From Candidatus Hodarchaeota archaeon (GTDB taxonomy: Archaea; Asgardarchaeota; Heimdallarchaeia; Hodarchaeales; Hodarchaeaceae): 64,000 bases of DNA. The first letter of the stretch is position 1. Each line of letters opens with the position of its first letter. The notes under the pieces are model-generated. The model saw only the letters and a list, made by a program, of their open reading frames with translations, searched no databases and had not been told where the DNA came from. Below are positions 21,184 through 30,618 of the stretch, in pieces. Both the position numbers and the translations under genes were made by a program. The stretch spans positions 10,863 through 74,862 of the forward strand of contig JAHQWW010000007.1 of assembly GCA_029856365.1 (NCBI GenBank), read 5' to 3'.

Positions 21184-21693
21184 TTACTCAGCTATTGCGA
21201 GGTAGAGATAACCCACAATTAACGCGGAGACTCCTACAAAGAATATTGAAAAAAATTCGTTATATATTATCAGACTTGAAAGAGTAAAAATGAGAGTTAT
21301 TCCAGCTATTTCAAGTAAGCCTGTTCTACCTCCAGTATATTCACGAATCATTGTATAAACCAAAAGAGTGGAAAAAAACATTATTCCCCACACTATTAAA
21401 TGAAAGATAGTTAGAAGTGGTGTGAATGTGCCTCCAAATAACTCAAATTCCCAGAATAGAAATTCCAGAAAGTTTTGCAAATCAACGGGGAAGAAGAGGA
21501 ATAAAAGTTCCAGTAGAAAACATATTGAGAGCATTAATGTTCCTAGGATTAGAGTTCGTACCTCTTCTGAGGCCCAAAGATTTCGATAGAGGGTTTGAGC
21601 CATAACTTTTCCAACTCCTTTCAGAGCTCTCAAGACGTTGGCAATTTGTGTTCGGTTTTTAATTTTTCCCAAAATTTTCAAAAGCAATCTCAA
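21184..21693 (-). CDS. Hypothetical multi-pass membrane protein
   Basis: About 4 hydrophobic segments. The likely start is the internal Met (MAQTLY). Confidence 0.65.
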   Translation of the reverse strand: MRLLLKILGKIKNRTQIANVLRALKGVGKVMAQTLYRNLWASEEVRTLILGTLMLSICFLLELLFLFFPVDLQNFLEFLFWEFELFGGTFTPLLTIFHLIVWGIMFFSTLLVYTMIREYTGGRTGLLEIAGITLIFTLSSLIIYNEFFSIFFVGVSALIVGYLYLAIAE

Positions 21694-22134
21694 GCGATTT
21701 GAGCAATGATATCAGTTGGTATATTGTGCTGATCAAAAATAAATAATTTAATTCTAAAAAAATGTAGATATAAAGAAATTAAGACTGGATCCAGATATAA
21801 ATGGCTCCATTCTATCCTCTTCAAGTGTTTTTATCTAACCATTACCAATCTAAAGAAAAGTGAACCTCTAAAAATTCCGATCAATAAAATACTTACTGAA
21901 TAAGGGAAGTAAAAAGAAAATAAAAGCTAATGTTTATAAGTTGTAGAAATAGGATGAATGTAACGAAGGTATGGAACAAATCTTTTCCTAGATTCATAGC
22001 CATTGCCTCACGATAGTTAGGCTGCTCAATTTGGATTGTTAATCAAAAAAAGCAGGCTTTGATTGAATTAGTGATTCAGTCAAAGTAATTATTCTAATGG
22101 ATAACGATTTTGTTCAATCAGAGAGGTCTGAGTA

Positions 22135-22836
22135 ATGAAAATAGTCCTAATAGGCCCCTACAATAGTGGAAAATCAACGACAGTCCAAAAGATATGTAGG
22201 GGTTCTGCAGTCTCTATTGATTATGGTGGAACAACAGTTGCTTTAGATCATTGTCGAACAAAGATTTATGGAGTTGAAATTTTCCTATTTGGAACTCCTG
22301 GACTTCAACGATTCGAGATAATCCGAAAAATCTTGAGTAAAGGAGCAGATGGTATCCTCTTTGTAGTTGATTCAGTGAATGTAGCTTCATTTGAAGAAGC
22401 TAAAAAACTATTGAATGAAGTTTATGACATATTACCAGGCGTTCCTATTGTCCTCTGTGCAAATAAACAAGACATACGAGGAGCAAAAAGTCCCAACGAA
22501 GTAGCAGAAGTGGTTTTAGGAAAAAATAAAGACAAAATTTCAGTTATAGGAACTTCAGCAACAACTGGAGAACAAATTGAACACGCCTTAGGTCTAATTG
22601 TGCTTAATGCGATCAAACAGTATTATGATATTCTTATAGCAGTGAAGAAATCAAATGGTGAACTTGCAGAGATTGCAAAAAACATCCAACAACCTGAAGA
22701 GAAAGTTTATTCACAACTTCAATTTGCCTCTTGGAGACGACTTATAATAGCTGATTGGGACAACTTAACTTTTAATTTAACGATAGGAGTTTCGAATATT
22801 ACTGATATACTTGAATTTGGACACAAACAGTTTTAA
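22135..22836 (+). CDS. Small GTPase (COG2229/MglA-related archaeal type) with C-terminal helical/winged-helix-like extension
   Basis: G1 GPYNSGKST, TTVALD, G3 FGTPGLQRF, G4 NKQD, G5 TSA, and a ~70-aa C-terminal extension. Confidence 0.85.
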   Translation: MKIVLIGPYNSGKSTTVQKICRGSAVSIDYGGTTVALDHCRTKIYGVEIFLFGTPGLQRFEIIRKILSKGADGILFVVDSVNVASFEEAKKLLNEVYDILPGVPIVLCANKQDIRGAKSPNEVAEVVLGKNKDKISVIGTSATTGEQIEHALGLIVLNAIKQYYDILIAVKKSNGELAEIAKNIQQPEEKVYSQLQFASWRRLIIADWDNLTFNLTIGVSNITDILEFGHKQF

Positions 22837-22876
22837 GTAATTATTCATAGACTATTTTAACAAGGAGTTGGCATAT

Positions 22877-23053
22877 ATGGTTGAAAAACCTGATGTCTAT
22901 ATTTGTCAAAAGAAGGAATGTGGTCATCGTTTTCAGAAAGCGAAATTTATTACTGTTGAAGAAGATGGGGTCTATATAACAAAGCCTTCTTGTCCAGAGT
23001 GTGGTACAACAGATATAATATCATCTGCTTGGTTGTTAAAAGAAGAGAAATAA
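22877..23053 (+). CDS. Small Zn-finger protein
   Basis: YICQKKECGHRF...CPECG. GGAG precedes the start and the gene is co-oriented in an operon. Confidence 0.7.
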   Translation: MVEKPDVYICQKKECGHRFQKAKFITVEEDGVYITKPSCPECGTTDIISSAWLLKEEK

Positions 23054-23077
23054 TGCCAAGAACGAGGCCCCTTTACG

Positions 23078-23608
23078 ATGAGCTTCTTAATCAGCTCTCA
23101 GCGAACGTTCGAACGTGATGCTCTTTCTGAAGCCTATTATGTAATTTCAGATGTTCTCGGATATAAAGTTCATCCATTAAAATCTCGTGTACCAGGTTTA
23201 GCAATTTTACGATTAAATGAAGAAACCAGTCCATTTAGCATTATTGATGAAATCAGCCAGTATATCCAAAAAAAAGGTCTCCTGGTAGCTTGTCTAAAGA
23301 TTGTTCCTCTCGAGAGACTAATGAAAACTAATCTATCAAAAATAGTGGAAAATGCATTTTCTCTTGCAAAAGCAAAGATTCTTCCCACTCATTCATGGAA
23401 AGTTCATGTAAAGAAAAGACAGACAAATCTAAGGACTTTTCAGGTAGTCGAGAAAGTTGCAGAAAAAATTAATTGGGGGGTAGTAGACCTAACGACGCCT
23501 GATCTCGAGATCAGAATCGAAATTGTAAGAGATTTGACTGGGATATCTGTAATGGAACCACGTTTTGAACTTAGTATGGTTCGTTTATCACATGAAACTT
23601 CTAATTAG
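23078..23608 (+). CDS. THUMP-domain RNA-binding protein (Tan1-like)
   Basis: LKIVPLE, SWKVHVKKR and VDLTTPDLEIRIEIV. Confidence 0.85.
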   Translation: MSFLISSQRTFERDALSEAYYVISDVLGYKVHPLKSRVPGLAILRLNEETSPFSIIDEISQYIQKKGLLVACLKIVPLERLMKTNLSKIVENAFSLAKAKILPTHSWKVHVKKRQTNLRTFQVVEKVAEKINWGVVDLTTPDLEIRIEIVRDLTGISVMEPRFELSMVRLSHETSN

Positions 23609-23621
23609 ATGGTTTAGATTA

Positions 23622-24143
23622 TCATTCTAAAGCTAGCAGAGCAATTTTCTGTAGAATTGCTTTTTCAATTTCAGAAAAAGTGAAATCAGTGGCAAGATAT
23701 CCATCATCAATAAGTATTTTTATTAGATTTTGTTTTTTAGACGAAAAATCATCCAATAAATCGAGGTTTGGTGTTAAACGAAGCTCTTTTTGGAGTTGGA
23801 TATTGGCATTAATTAACGTGTGATCTGTTTCGCCAAGTAACACTCCAACAATATCTTGTGTTGTTTCCTTTACTCCTAAAAGAGCAATAGCCTTTTTAAT
23901 CTGCCTTTGACCAGCTACGTAAAGAAGAACTTCGATAGCAAGTGTTTTTGATATCATTCTATCATTTTTCTTAGCATTCAAAGCATGCCAAATTCCAGAG
24001 AAAAGATGTTTATAACCCCAGATGTATCGATTATCGAACAATTGTGATGCCTCTAAATTATAGCCAGTTGTAATTTGGTTTAAGATACCCCCAATGTTTA
24101 CAGAGGATGGCTTCAACACAAGTAGTGATCCAACAAATACCAA
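23622..24143 (-). CDS. cgi121: KEOPS complex subunit Cgi121
   Basis: QLFD...I.G..HL, ISKTLAIEVLLYVAGQRQIKKAI..LGVK, and C-terminal IEKAILQKIALL. Confidence 0.88.
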   Translation of the reverse strand: MVFVGSLLVLKPSSVNIGGILNQITTGYNLEASQLFDNRYIWGYKHLFSGIWHALNAKKNDRMISKTLAIEVLLYVAGQRQIKKAIALLGVKETTQDIVGVLLGETDHTLINANIQLQKELRLTPNLDLLDDFSSKKQNLIKILIDDGYLATDFTFSEIEKAILQKIALLALE

Positions 24144-24308
24144 TAAACTAGATCCGTCAACTTTATCAAGAATATATGACTTATGTTGGGTAATCTAAAC
24201 AACTCTCCATTTGCCACGGAGCATAATTCGATGAGTAGATTTTTTTTAACCTTTCTTAATAACATATTATTATCATTGCAGTTCAATTTAAAGTGTTGAT
24301 AAGATAAG

Positions 24309-24911
24309 ATGGTTAAGTTTAAAATAGTTAGCTGGCAAGAAATAGACCAGTTAGCACGAAAACTCTTTCATCTAGTCAAAAATGACGAATTTGAACCTGA
24401 AATCATATTAGGTATAAGTAGAGGGGGTACGATTCCAGCTAGATTATTAAGTGATATGTTCGATGCAGTAATGCCATTTAAGAAGGGAGTAACCACTTCA
24501 ATATTAGCTTCAATGCAAATAAAGTTCTATACTGGAATAGCAGAAACCCATACACGTCCTGTAGTAGCACAAGATGTGACTGTGGAAATTCAACAAAGGA
24601 AAATATTATTGGTAGATGACCTCGTGGATAGTGGCGAAAGTATTCAGTGTGCTCTCGATTATTTGAATTTAAAGAATCCTAAAGAAGTGAAAATTGCAGC
24701 CCTTCTCTTTAAACCTTGGTCTAAGATCATCCCACACTATTATGTAGAAAAAGCTACTGAATGGGTGGTGTTTCCTCATGAATATTATGAATTCATGACC
24801 GAACGAACCATTTCAGAAGGATATGATAAAGCGGAAGCATGGGCAACTTTTATCAAGCTTGGAATCCCCGATTCATCTGTAGCTTTTTTTGTTGAGAACT
24901 TTTTACCTTAA
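24309..24911 (+). CDS. Purine phosphoribosyltransferase (HGPRT/XGPRT-like)
   Basis: GISRGG, PRPP-binding ILLVDDLVDSGES and WVVFP. Confidence 0.88.
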   Translation: MVKFKIVSWQEIDQLARKLFHLVKNDEFEPEIILGISRGGTIPARLLSDMFDAVMPFKKGVTTSILASMQIKFYTGIAETHTRPVVAQDVTVEIQQRKILLVDDLVDSGESIQCALDYLNLKNPKEVKIAALLFKPWSKIIPHYYVEKATEWVVFPHEYYEFMTERTISEGYDKAEAWATFIKLGIPDSSVAFFVENFLP

Positions 24912-25019
24912 CAAGTAAAGACTCTAGTCTTTTACTTGAATGTGGAAAAGTACTTTTGTAGAGGAAAATTCTGGTTGTTCTGACCCAAAAAAACGTTAAA
25001 ATAGAACATCGTGTTTATT

Positions 25020-26915
25020 ATGCAGTTACTATTAATTCATTCAGATGGATTTAGCTGGAAAGTTAATGATAAAGCAGTGAGTAGCCCTGAAACTTTGACA
25101 GATAATATATTGAGGGAGTATAGTACAGAAAATTCGGTAATGGTTATTTTTATTGGTGTAGAGAAGAGTGACTCCGATAACACTTCTCAATTAATTGATA
25201 TGGCTATTTTAGAGATTCAACAAGCTCTACAAGATGTTAAAGAGAATAATATTATTCTCTATCCCTGGGTTCACTTAGTAAAAACGACCCCAGCAAAACC
25301 CAATGACGCTTTACGTGTTTTACAAACATTACATAAACAATTAAACAATAAATCAGATTTTCACATTGTCCGTGCTCCTTTCGGGTATTATAAAGGTTTC
25401 TCGTTACAATGTAAGGGACATGCTCTAGCAGAACGTTCTAAGGAGATTTTTAGTGAGAAAAGATATGAAAAATCTAAAGAGACAGTTGAAGTAACTACTG
25501 CAATTGCGGCAGAAGATAAAGTGAAATCCCAGTTCTACATTCTCACTCAGGCTGGTAATGTAATCCCATATGATACGTTTGACTATGGAGAATTGACAGA
25601 CTTCCAAATATTTGTTTACTATGAAACAGCCAAAGATAGGGCTGTGAGTTCTCCTCCTAAACACGTCGCATTCATGAAACAACTAGAATTAATCGATTAT
25701 GAGGAAGGTAGTGATGCTGGAAATTTTCGCATTCTTCCTAGAGGATATATTGTCAAACATTTGATTGAAAATCATGTTCTCGAGATGGCAATCAGATATG
25801 GAGCTATGGTTGTTGAAACTCCCCTTATGTATTCCTATGAACATCCTTCTCTCAAAAAATATTTGGAGCGTTTTCCTGCTCGTCAATATATTGTAAAATC
25901 TGGTGATAAGGATTACTTTCTTAGGTTCTCAGCATGTTTTGGTCAATTTCTAACTTTGTCTGACGCGACAATTAGTTATCGACAGCTTCCTCTGAAAATG
26001 TTCGAGATGACCAATTCTTTTAGACGTGAGCAACGTGGTGAATTAGCTGGAATCCGTCGTCTCCGTGCATTTACAATGCCTGATTTACACACTGCAGCCA
26101 TAGACATGCCAATGGCTAAAAAAGAGTTTGAAGCCCAATTCAAGCTTGCTTTACAGTATATGCGGGATATAGAGGTTAGTTTTGAAACTGCATTTCGTAT
26201 GACAACCGATTTTTTTGAGGAGAATAAAGATTGGCTGATTTCTCTCATAAACAATCTAGAAAAACCTATTCTACTCGAGTTGTTCAACACAAGATACGCC
26301 TATTTCATTTTAAAATTTGAATTCAACATTGTTGACGGCCAACGGAAAGCTGGAGCCTTATCGACAGTCCAAATAGACGTGGAAAATTCAGAGCGATTTG
26401 ATATCAAATATATTAATATCCTTGGGCAAGAAGTACATCCATTATTGTTACATTGTTCCTTATCAGGATCAACTGAGCGTGTGATTTATGGAATCCTCGA
26501 GGAGCAAATCAAGCAAATACAAAAGGGTTTCAAACCCCAACTTCCATTATGGCTCTCACCTGCCCAAGTTCGGATTTTACCACTCACAGAAGTATTTTTA
26601 CCCTATTCTATAGAGGTTGCTGAGGAGCTAGAACGGAAAAGCATTCGAGTGGAAATTGATGATCGTGATCTCTCACTTGCAAAGAAAATTCGTGCTGCAG
26701 AAAAGCTTTGGACTCCATTGATTTTTGTAATTGGTGAGAATGAAGTAAATCAGGAAAAAATCAGTGTTCGCTATCGAAAAGAAAATACTCAAGAATTTCA
26801 ACCCTTAAAAGAAGTGATAAAATATATTGAGAAACATACTACTGATATGCCATCATTTAATCTAGTTATTCCAAAGTTTGTGTCTCAACAACCCATATTC
26901 ACTCGTGAGGTCTAA
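25020..26915 (+). CDS. thrS: Threonine--tRNA ligase (archaeal type, N-terminal editing domain)
   Basis: MQLLLIHSD, YPWVHL, RAPFGYYK.F...CKGH.LAE.S, RFSACFG, FRREQRGE, RLRAFTMPD.H and LHCS.SGS.ER. Confidence 0.96.
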   Translation: MQLLLIHSDGFSWKVNDKAVSSPETLTDNILREYSTENSVMVIFIGVEKSDSDNTSQLIDMAILEIQQALQDVKENNIILYPWVHLVKTTPAKPNDALRVLQTLHKQLNNKSDFHIVRAPFGYYKGFSLQCKGHALAERSKEIFSEKRYEKSKETVEVTTAIAAEDKVKSQFYILTQAGNVIPYDTFDYGELTDFQIFVYYETAKDRAVSSPPKHVAFMKQLELIDYEEGSDAGNFRILPRGYIVKHLIENHVLEMAIRYGAMVVETPLMYSYEHPSLKKYLERFPARQYIVKSGDKDYFLRFSACFGQFLTLSDATISYRQLPLKMFEMTNSFRREQRGELAGIRRLRAFTMPDLHTAAIDMPMAKKEFEAQFKLALQYMRDIEVSFETAFRMTTDFFEENKDWLISLINNLEKPILLELFNTRYAYFILKFEFNIVDGQRKAGALSTVQIDVENSERFDIKYINILGQEVHPLLLHCSLSGSTERVIYGILEEQIKQIQKGFKPQLPLWLSPAQVRILPLTEVFLPYSIEVAEELERKSIRVEIDDRDLSLAKKIRAAEKLWTPLIFVIGENEVNQEKISVRYRKENTQEFQPLKEVIKYIEKHTTDMPSFNLVIPKFVSQQPIFTREV

Positions 26916-27111
26916 GAAACAGTTTTAATAATCCATACAAATCATCAATCAAATAATAATAACAGGTACTTTGTCTCAGAAATCAACCTTGAGATCTAAA
27001 TTAGAGCAAAGCATCACATAAAGACCTTTAAATTAATCAATCGGCATCAATAATTGCATTTTTTACTATTTAAATGGATTTAAATTAAATAATCTTTGAA
27101 AGGGAATACTT

Positions 27112-27660
27112 ATGCCTACAAAATTGTTTGGTCGAGAGATAGAAAATCAAATAGCATTTGTTGGCCTTGCAAATGCGGGGAAAACTACCTTAGTTAAAAG
27201 ACTTAAGGGAGACGATAATCTAGAAACCGTACCAACAATGGGGATGAATATTGAGACTTTAAAAATTGGTGACATTGAAGTAATGGCTGCAGATCTAGGA
27301 GGACAGGCAACATATCCGACGAGCTTATGGAAACCATTTGTTTCAGATGCATCAGGTATTGTGTTTGTATTTGATTCTGCAGACAGATCTAAAGTCGAGA
27401 ATGCGGGAAAGTGGTTGAAGAACGTCATTCAATGGGCGCCAGAAGATTCTGCATTTCTTTTCTTGGCAAATAAACAAGATTTAACAGAAGCAATGACTCT
27501 TGAAAGAATTATTTATACATTAGAACTTGAAAAAGAGATGGCTGCAAGACCTAGAACGTTTGCTGTTTATCCTTGTTCTGCATTAACAGGTGATGGGGTC
27601 GAGGAACCGTGGCAGTGGATGAGCGACAGGTTTCGTCATAGAATGTCACAAAAAAAATAG
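27112..27660 (+). CDS. Arf-family small GTPase 1
   Basis: GLANAGKTT, PTMGMN, DLGGQ, W, FVFDSAD, NKQD and CSALTGDG. Confidence 0.92.
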   Translation: MPTKLFGREIENQIAFVGLANAGKTTLVKRLKGDDNLETVPTMGMNIETLKIGDIEVMAADLGGQATYPTSLWKPFVSDASGIVFVFDSADRSKVENAGKWLKNVIQWAPEDSAFLFLANKQDLTEAMTLERIIYTLELEKEMAARPRTFAVYPCSALTGDGVEEPWQWMSDRFRHRMSQKK

Positions 27661-27669
27661 GTGCCCCAT

Positions 27670-28233
27670 ATGAGTTTCCTTTCAAAGCTTCGCGCAAAAT
27701 TTGCCAAAGAAAAATTAACGGTAAAGATCGCGTGGCTGGGTCTTGACCAGGCAGGGAAAACTACATTAGTCAAAAGAATAACATCTGGAGAGTTTAACAG
27801 TAGTACTTTCCGAACATTAGGGATGAATGTTGATGAATTTAGTTCGGGAAATGTTCGATTTATTTCTTGGGATATTGGGGGGCAAGAAGCCTTTCGTGAA
27901 TCTCTTTGGGAAAGCTATATGGCAGGTAGCATGGGAATCGTATATGTGGTGGATTCAGCCGATAGAGCTCGACTCTCAGAAGCTAAGATGGAATTATGGA
28001 AATATGTCCTTGATAATGATAAAGTTGAAAACATACCAATTTTAGTCCTTGCTAATAAACAGGATCTTGAAAATGCCGCTTCAGCTGGAGAGGTTGCTCG
28101 AGGGCTCAATCTTCATAAAGTTACGACACATTCATATGCTATCGTTCCCACGTCTGCCAAAACTGGTTTTAACGTTGAGGAAGGACTTGAATGGCTTCGC
28201 CAAAGGGTGACTGAAAAAATCGATCTCTTATAG
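27670..28233 (+). CDS. Arf-family small GTPase 2 with N-terminal amphipathic helix
   Basis: MSFLSKLRAKF, GLDQAGKTT, TLGMN, WDIGGQ, VVDSAD, NKQD and TSAKTG...GLEWL. Confidence 0.94.
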   Translation: MSFLSKLRAKFAKEKLTVKIAWLGLDQAGKTTLVKRITSGEFNSSTFRTLGMNVDEFSSGNVRFISWDIGGQEAFRESLWESYMAGSMGIVYVVDSADRARLSEAKMELWKYVLDNDKVENIPILVLANKQDLENAASAGEVARGLNLHKVTTHSYAIVPTSAKTGFNVEEGLEWLRQRVTEKIDLL

Positions 28234-28283
28234 TAAAATCTCTATAATATTCTGTTTCTTCATGGTAGATATTCTAAGTTAAT

Positions 28284-29093
28284 CTAACGTTTTTTCTTCA
28301 TGACTACCTTTTCAGAAACCTCATTAATCCGGTCACAAAGTGCAAGAAACAGTGCATGTAACCTTTCCAGATTCAAATCTTTGTTAATTCGTGCATAAAT
28401 ACGAATGGATGGATCATCAGCAGAATTGACAGAAATTCTAACAACTACTTTTCTAACATTATGAATCAGTTTCAAAAGGTTTTTATCACCGAGAAAGTAT
28501 GTTCCTGTCCGTTGGGTGGTCGCTTTAACCAAAAAAAAATCATCAAATCTTTTTACTCCGAGCTCGATGTCTTCAAGTGTAAACAGGAAATCTTGATGTT
28601 TTTTTATTTGACCTTCTTCATGTTTAGGTATGATCTGAATCTTGGTAGGAATTTGAGAACGGATTTCTCCCTTTTTTGAGTTTGCCTCTAGTGCTATATA
28701 ATCATTTACTCCTGCAAACCATGAGATGATGACTGATAACATGAGATGCCTTTCTTCTAGGGCAAATACCACACGGAAGTCTTGAAAGGGTATATCATGT
28801 GATCTCTTGTACTTGGGAAGTAACAAACCCCCGTTTGAACTCATTTCATCCATAACAAGATCATCGAATTCGTTTGTAAAGACTTCCAACAATGCTTCTC
28901 GTGATAATCGCATAATTTTGCGATTTTTTCGTCTTCCAGCCCATAAAAGGTAGAATGTAAAGAATAGAACCGTCCCTGGGCCTAAGAATATTAAAACATA
29001 GTCTATCATCCCATATCCTTCTTGGAGGAAAAAACGAGGAAAATTTTCTAGAGGAAACTCAAAAAATCCCAAATTCAACATCATTGAACTCAT
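28284..29093 (-). CDS. Single-pass membrane protein resembling CCDC47/DUF1682 (PAT complex subunit)
   Basis: TM followed by GRRKNRKI...L...F, then VFALEERHLMLSVIISWF...DYI and LHALFLALCDRI. The order and pattern follow CCDC47 as recalled. Confidence 0.6.
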   Translation of the reverse strand: MSSMMLNLGFFEFPLENFPRFFLQEGYGMIDYVLIFLGPGTVLFFTFYLLWAGRRKNRKIMRLSREALLEVFTNEFDDLVMDEMSSNGGLLLPKYKRSHDIPFQDFRVVFALEERHLMLSVIISWFAGVNDYIALEANSKKGEIRSQIPTKIQIIPKHEEGQIKKHQDFLFTLEDIELGVKRFDDFFLVKATTQRTGTYFLGDKNLLKLIHNVRKVVVRISVNSADDPSIRIYARINKDLNLERLHALFLALCDRINEVSEKVVMKKKR

Positions 29094-29222
29094 GGCTCAT
29101 AATTAGCTTGCAAATTTAAATTATTTTTCGTCGGAATCTTGTTTTTAATTTGCATTCTGTAGGAAAATGCTTCAATTCGTTGACGCTTTTCCCCTCAAAA
29201 TATGTTAAATGACTAAGGGTTC

Positions 29223-29822
29223 TTAATGCTGTATAAAGCTAGCAATTTCCTTGTATCTGAAGGAATCTTTCCCATTTTCCCCTATAACTTGGTAAAATTG
29301 AAAAGCAGCACGACCAGAAATATCAATCTTGGTAGGTTCAATAACAAGTGCAATAGAAAGAGCATTGTGGAGCTGAAAAGAATAAATATGAGTTTTTATA
29401 TCTGTTTGAGATAAAAATAGGCCATATCCAGGATGAGAATGCCACCAACCAAGGCAATAATAGTCATCTTCCAATATATCTTCAAAAACCCTAAAATCTT
29501 CTTCAGAAAAAGAAACAGATACTTCATCACCTTCAGAAACAAAAATGATTTTTAATATTTCCAATTCTTTGGGACGTAGTTCTTTCCCACCTAACAGACC
29601 AATAGCTTCCCTAGGCATAGATTTTACTGAATATTCAGTTATTTCATCAAGTAATTTTCCTAAGATTGATACTGACTTAACTTGGGGAGATGAAGGAATT
29701 TTTAACTTTTCGATTTCCGCTTGTTTACCAAAAAAGCCCTCTTGTATTTTATTAGTAGTCTTCCCTTCCGTTATTTTATAATTTTCTGCCCTCAATCCTT
29801 TTTGTTTATTATTGTCAGACAT
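29223..29822 (-). CDS. JAB1/MPN+ (JAMM) metalloprotease, Rpn11/BRCC36-like deubiquitinase
   Basis: EAIGLLGG ... GWWHSHPGYGLFLSQTD (E-HxH-x7-S-x2-D). Confidence 0.93.
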   Translation of the reverse strand: MSDNNKQKGLRAENYKITEGKTTNKIQEGFFGKQAEIEKLKIPSSPQVKSVSILGKLLDEITEYSVKSMPREAIGLLGGKELRPKELEILKIIFVSEGDEVSVSFSEEDFRVFEDILEDDYYCLGWWHSHPGYGLFLSQTDIKTHIYSFQLHNALSIALVIEPTKIDISGRAAFQFYQVIGENGKDSFRYKEIASFIQH

Positions 29823-29854
29823 AGATCATCCACAATACCAATTCCACAAGAAGT

Positions 29855-30397
29855 TTACTTTGCATGCTTCTTGGTCCAATCTTCAGCTGTTTCCCAGAAT
29901 TTATCAAAATTTGTTTTCATCATCTCTCCAGCTTCAGGATTAAAGGGATCATTTGGATCAACAAGATATTCTGGAAAATCTACATCCCCTGTTGCCTGAT
30001 AAACATCTAACATCATTTCAACATGTTCAAAGACACTGGGCAAAGTTATCGTTTCCTTCCAACCACCAGGTTTCCCTAAGTTATTCCAATTCACAAGACT
30101 TAAGCATACATTGGAGCCCCAGTTCCATTGAGTTTTACCAGTTGCAATATTAGGGTGATATATAGGAGTCAGAAAGTTGATAATTGGAGGTTTAAAGGGA
30201 TATTCAGAAGGTAAGTCAAGAGTGATCTCCCATTTACCTCCCTCATAAGGAGTATTTTTCTTTCCTTTAATAGTCGCTTTGTAATGATGAAGGTCATTAT
30301 TGACTATAGCCCATTTAATGGGACTTTTTTTCGGTGGATAAGTTTTCAACATCCGTTTGAACTCTTCTCGTAGCCGTCTAGAGTGTAAATCCTGCAC
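29855..30397 (-). CDS. Ubiquitin-conjugating enzyme E2
   Basis: RRLREEF, I.G..NTPYEGG, YPFKPP.I.F.T.IYHPNI, catalytic VCLS and DPFNPEA. Confidence 0.95.
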   Translation of the reverse strand: MQDLHSRRLREEFKRMLKTYPPKKSPIKWAIVNNDLHHYKATIKGKKNTPYEGGKWEITLDLPSEYPFKPPIINFLTPIYHPNIATGKTQWNWGSNVCLSLVNWNNLGKPGGWKETITLPSVFEHVEMMLDVYQATGDVDFPEYLVDPNDPFNPEAGEMMKTNFDKFWETAEDWTKKHAK

Positions 30398-30618
30398 GAT
30401 CTTACCATCCTACCATTTTTATCATTATATAATCTATGATAAATTATAATTTAATATCATTTAACGCTAAAGATAACTTATAAATTATACAAGGTTGCCG
30501 ATATTTAAAGCTGTGGCTAGGAAATGGAAGAAAAGGTGTAGAATAAGCTAGCTTTTTAAGGTCTAAAGACTGACTCATCTTGCACGAACATTCCTCACAT
30601 AATGGGTGATCAAAAAAA

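Noticed and set aside
21953-21998. SECIS-like hairpin (ATGA...GA)
   Set aside because: There is no convincing kink-turn quartet and no adjacent gene with an in-frame TGA.
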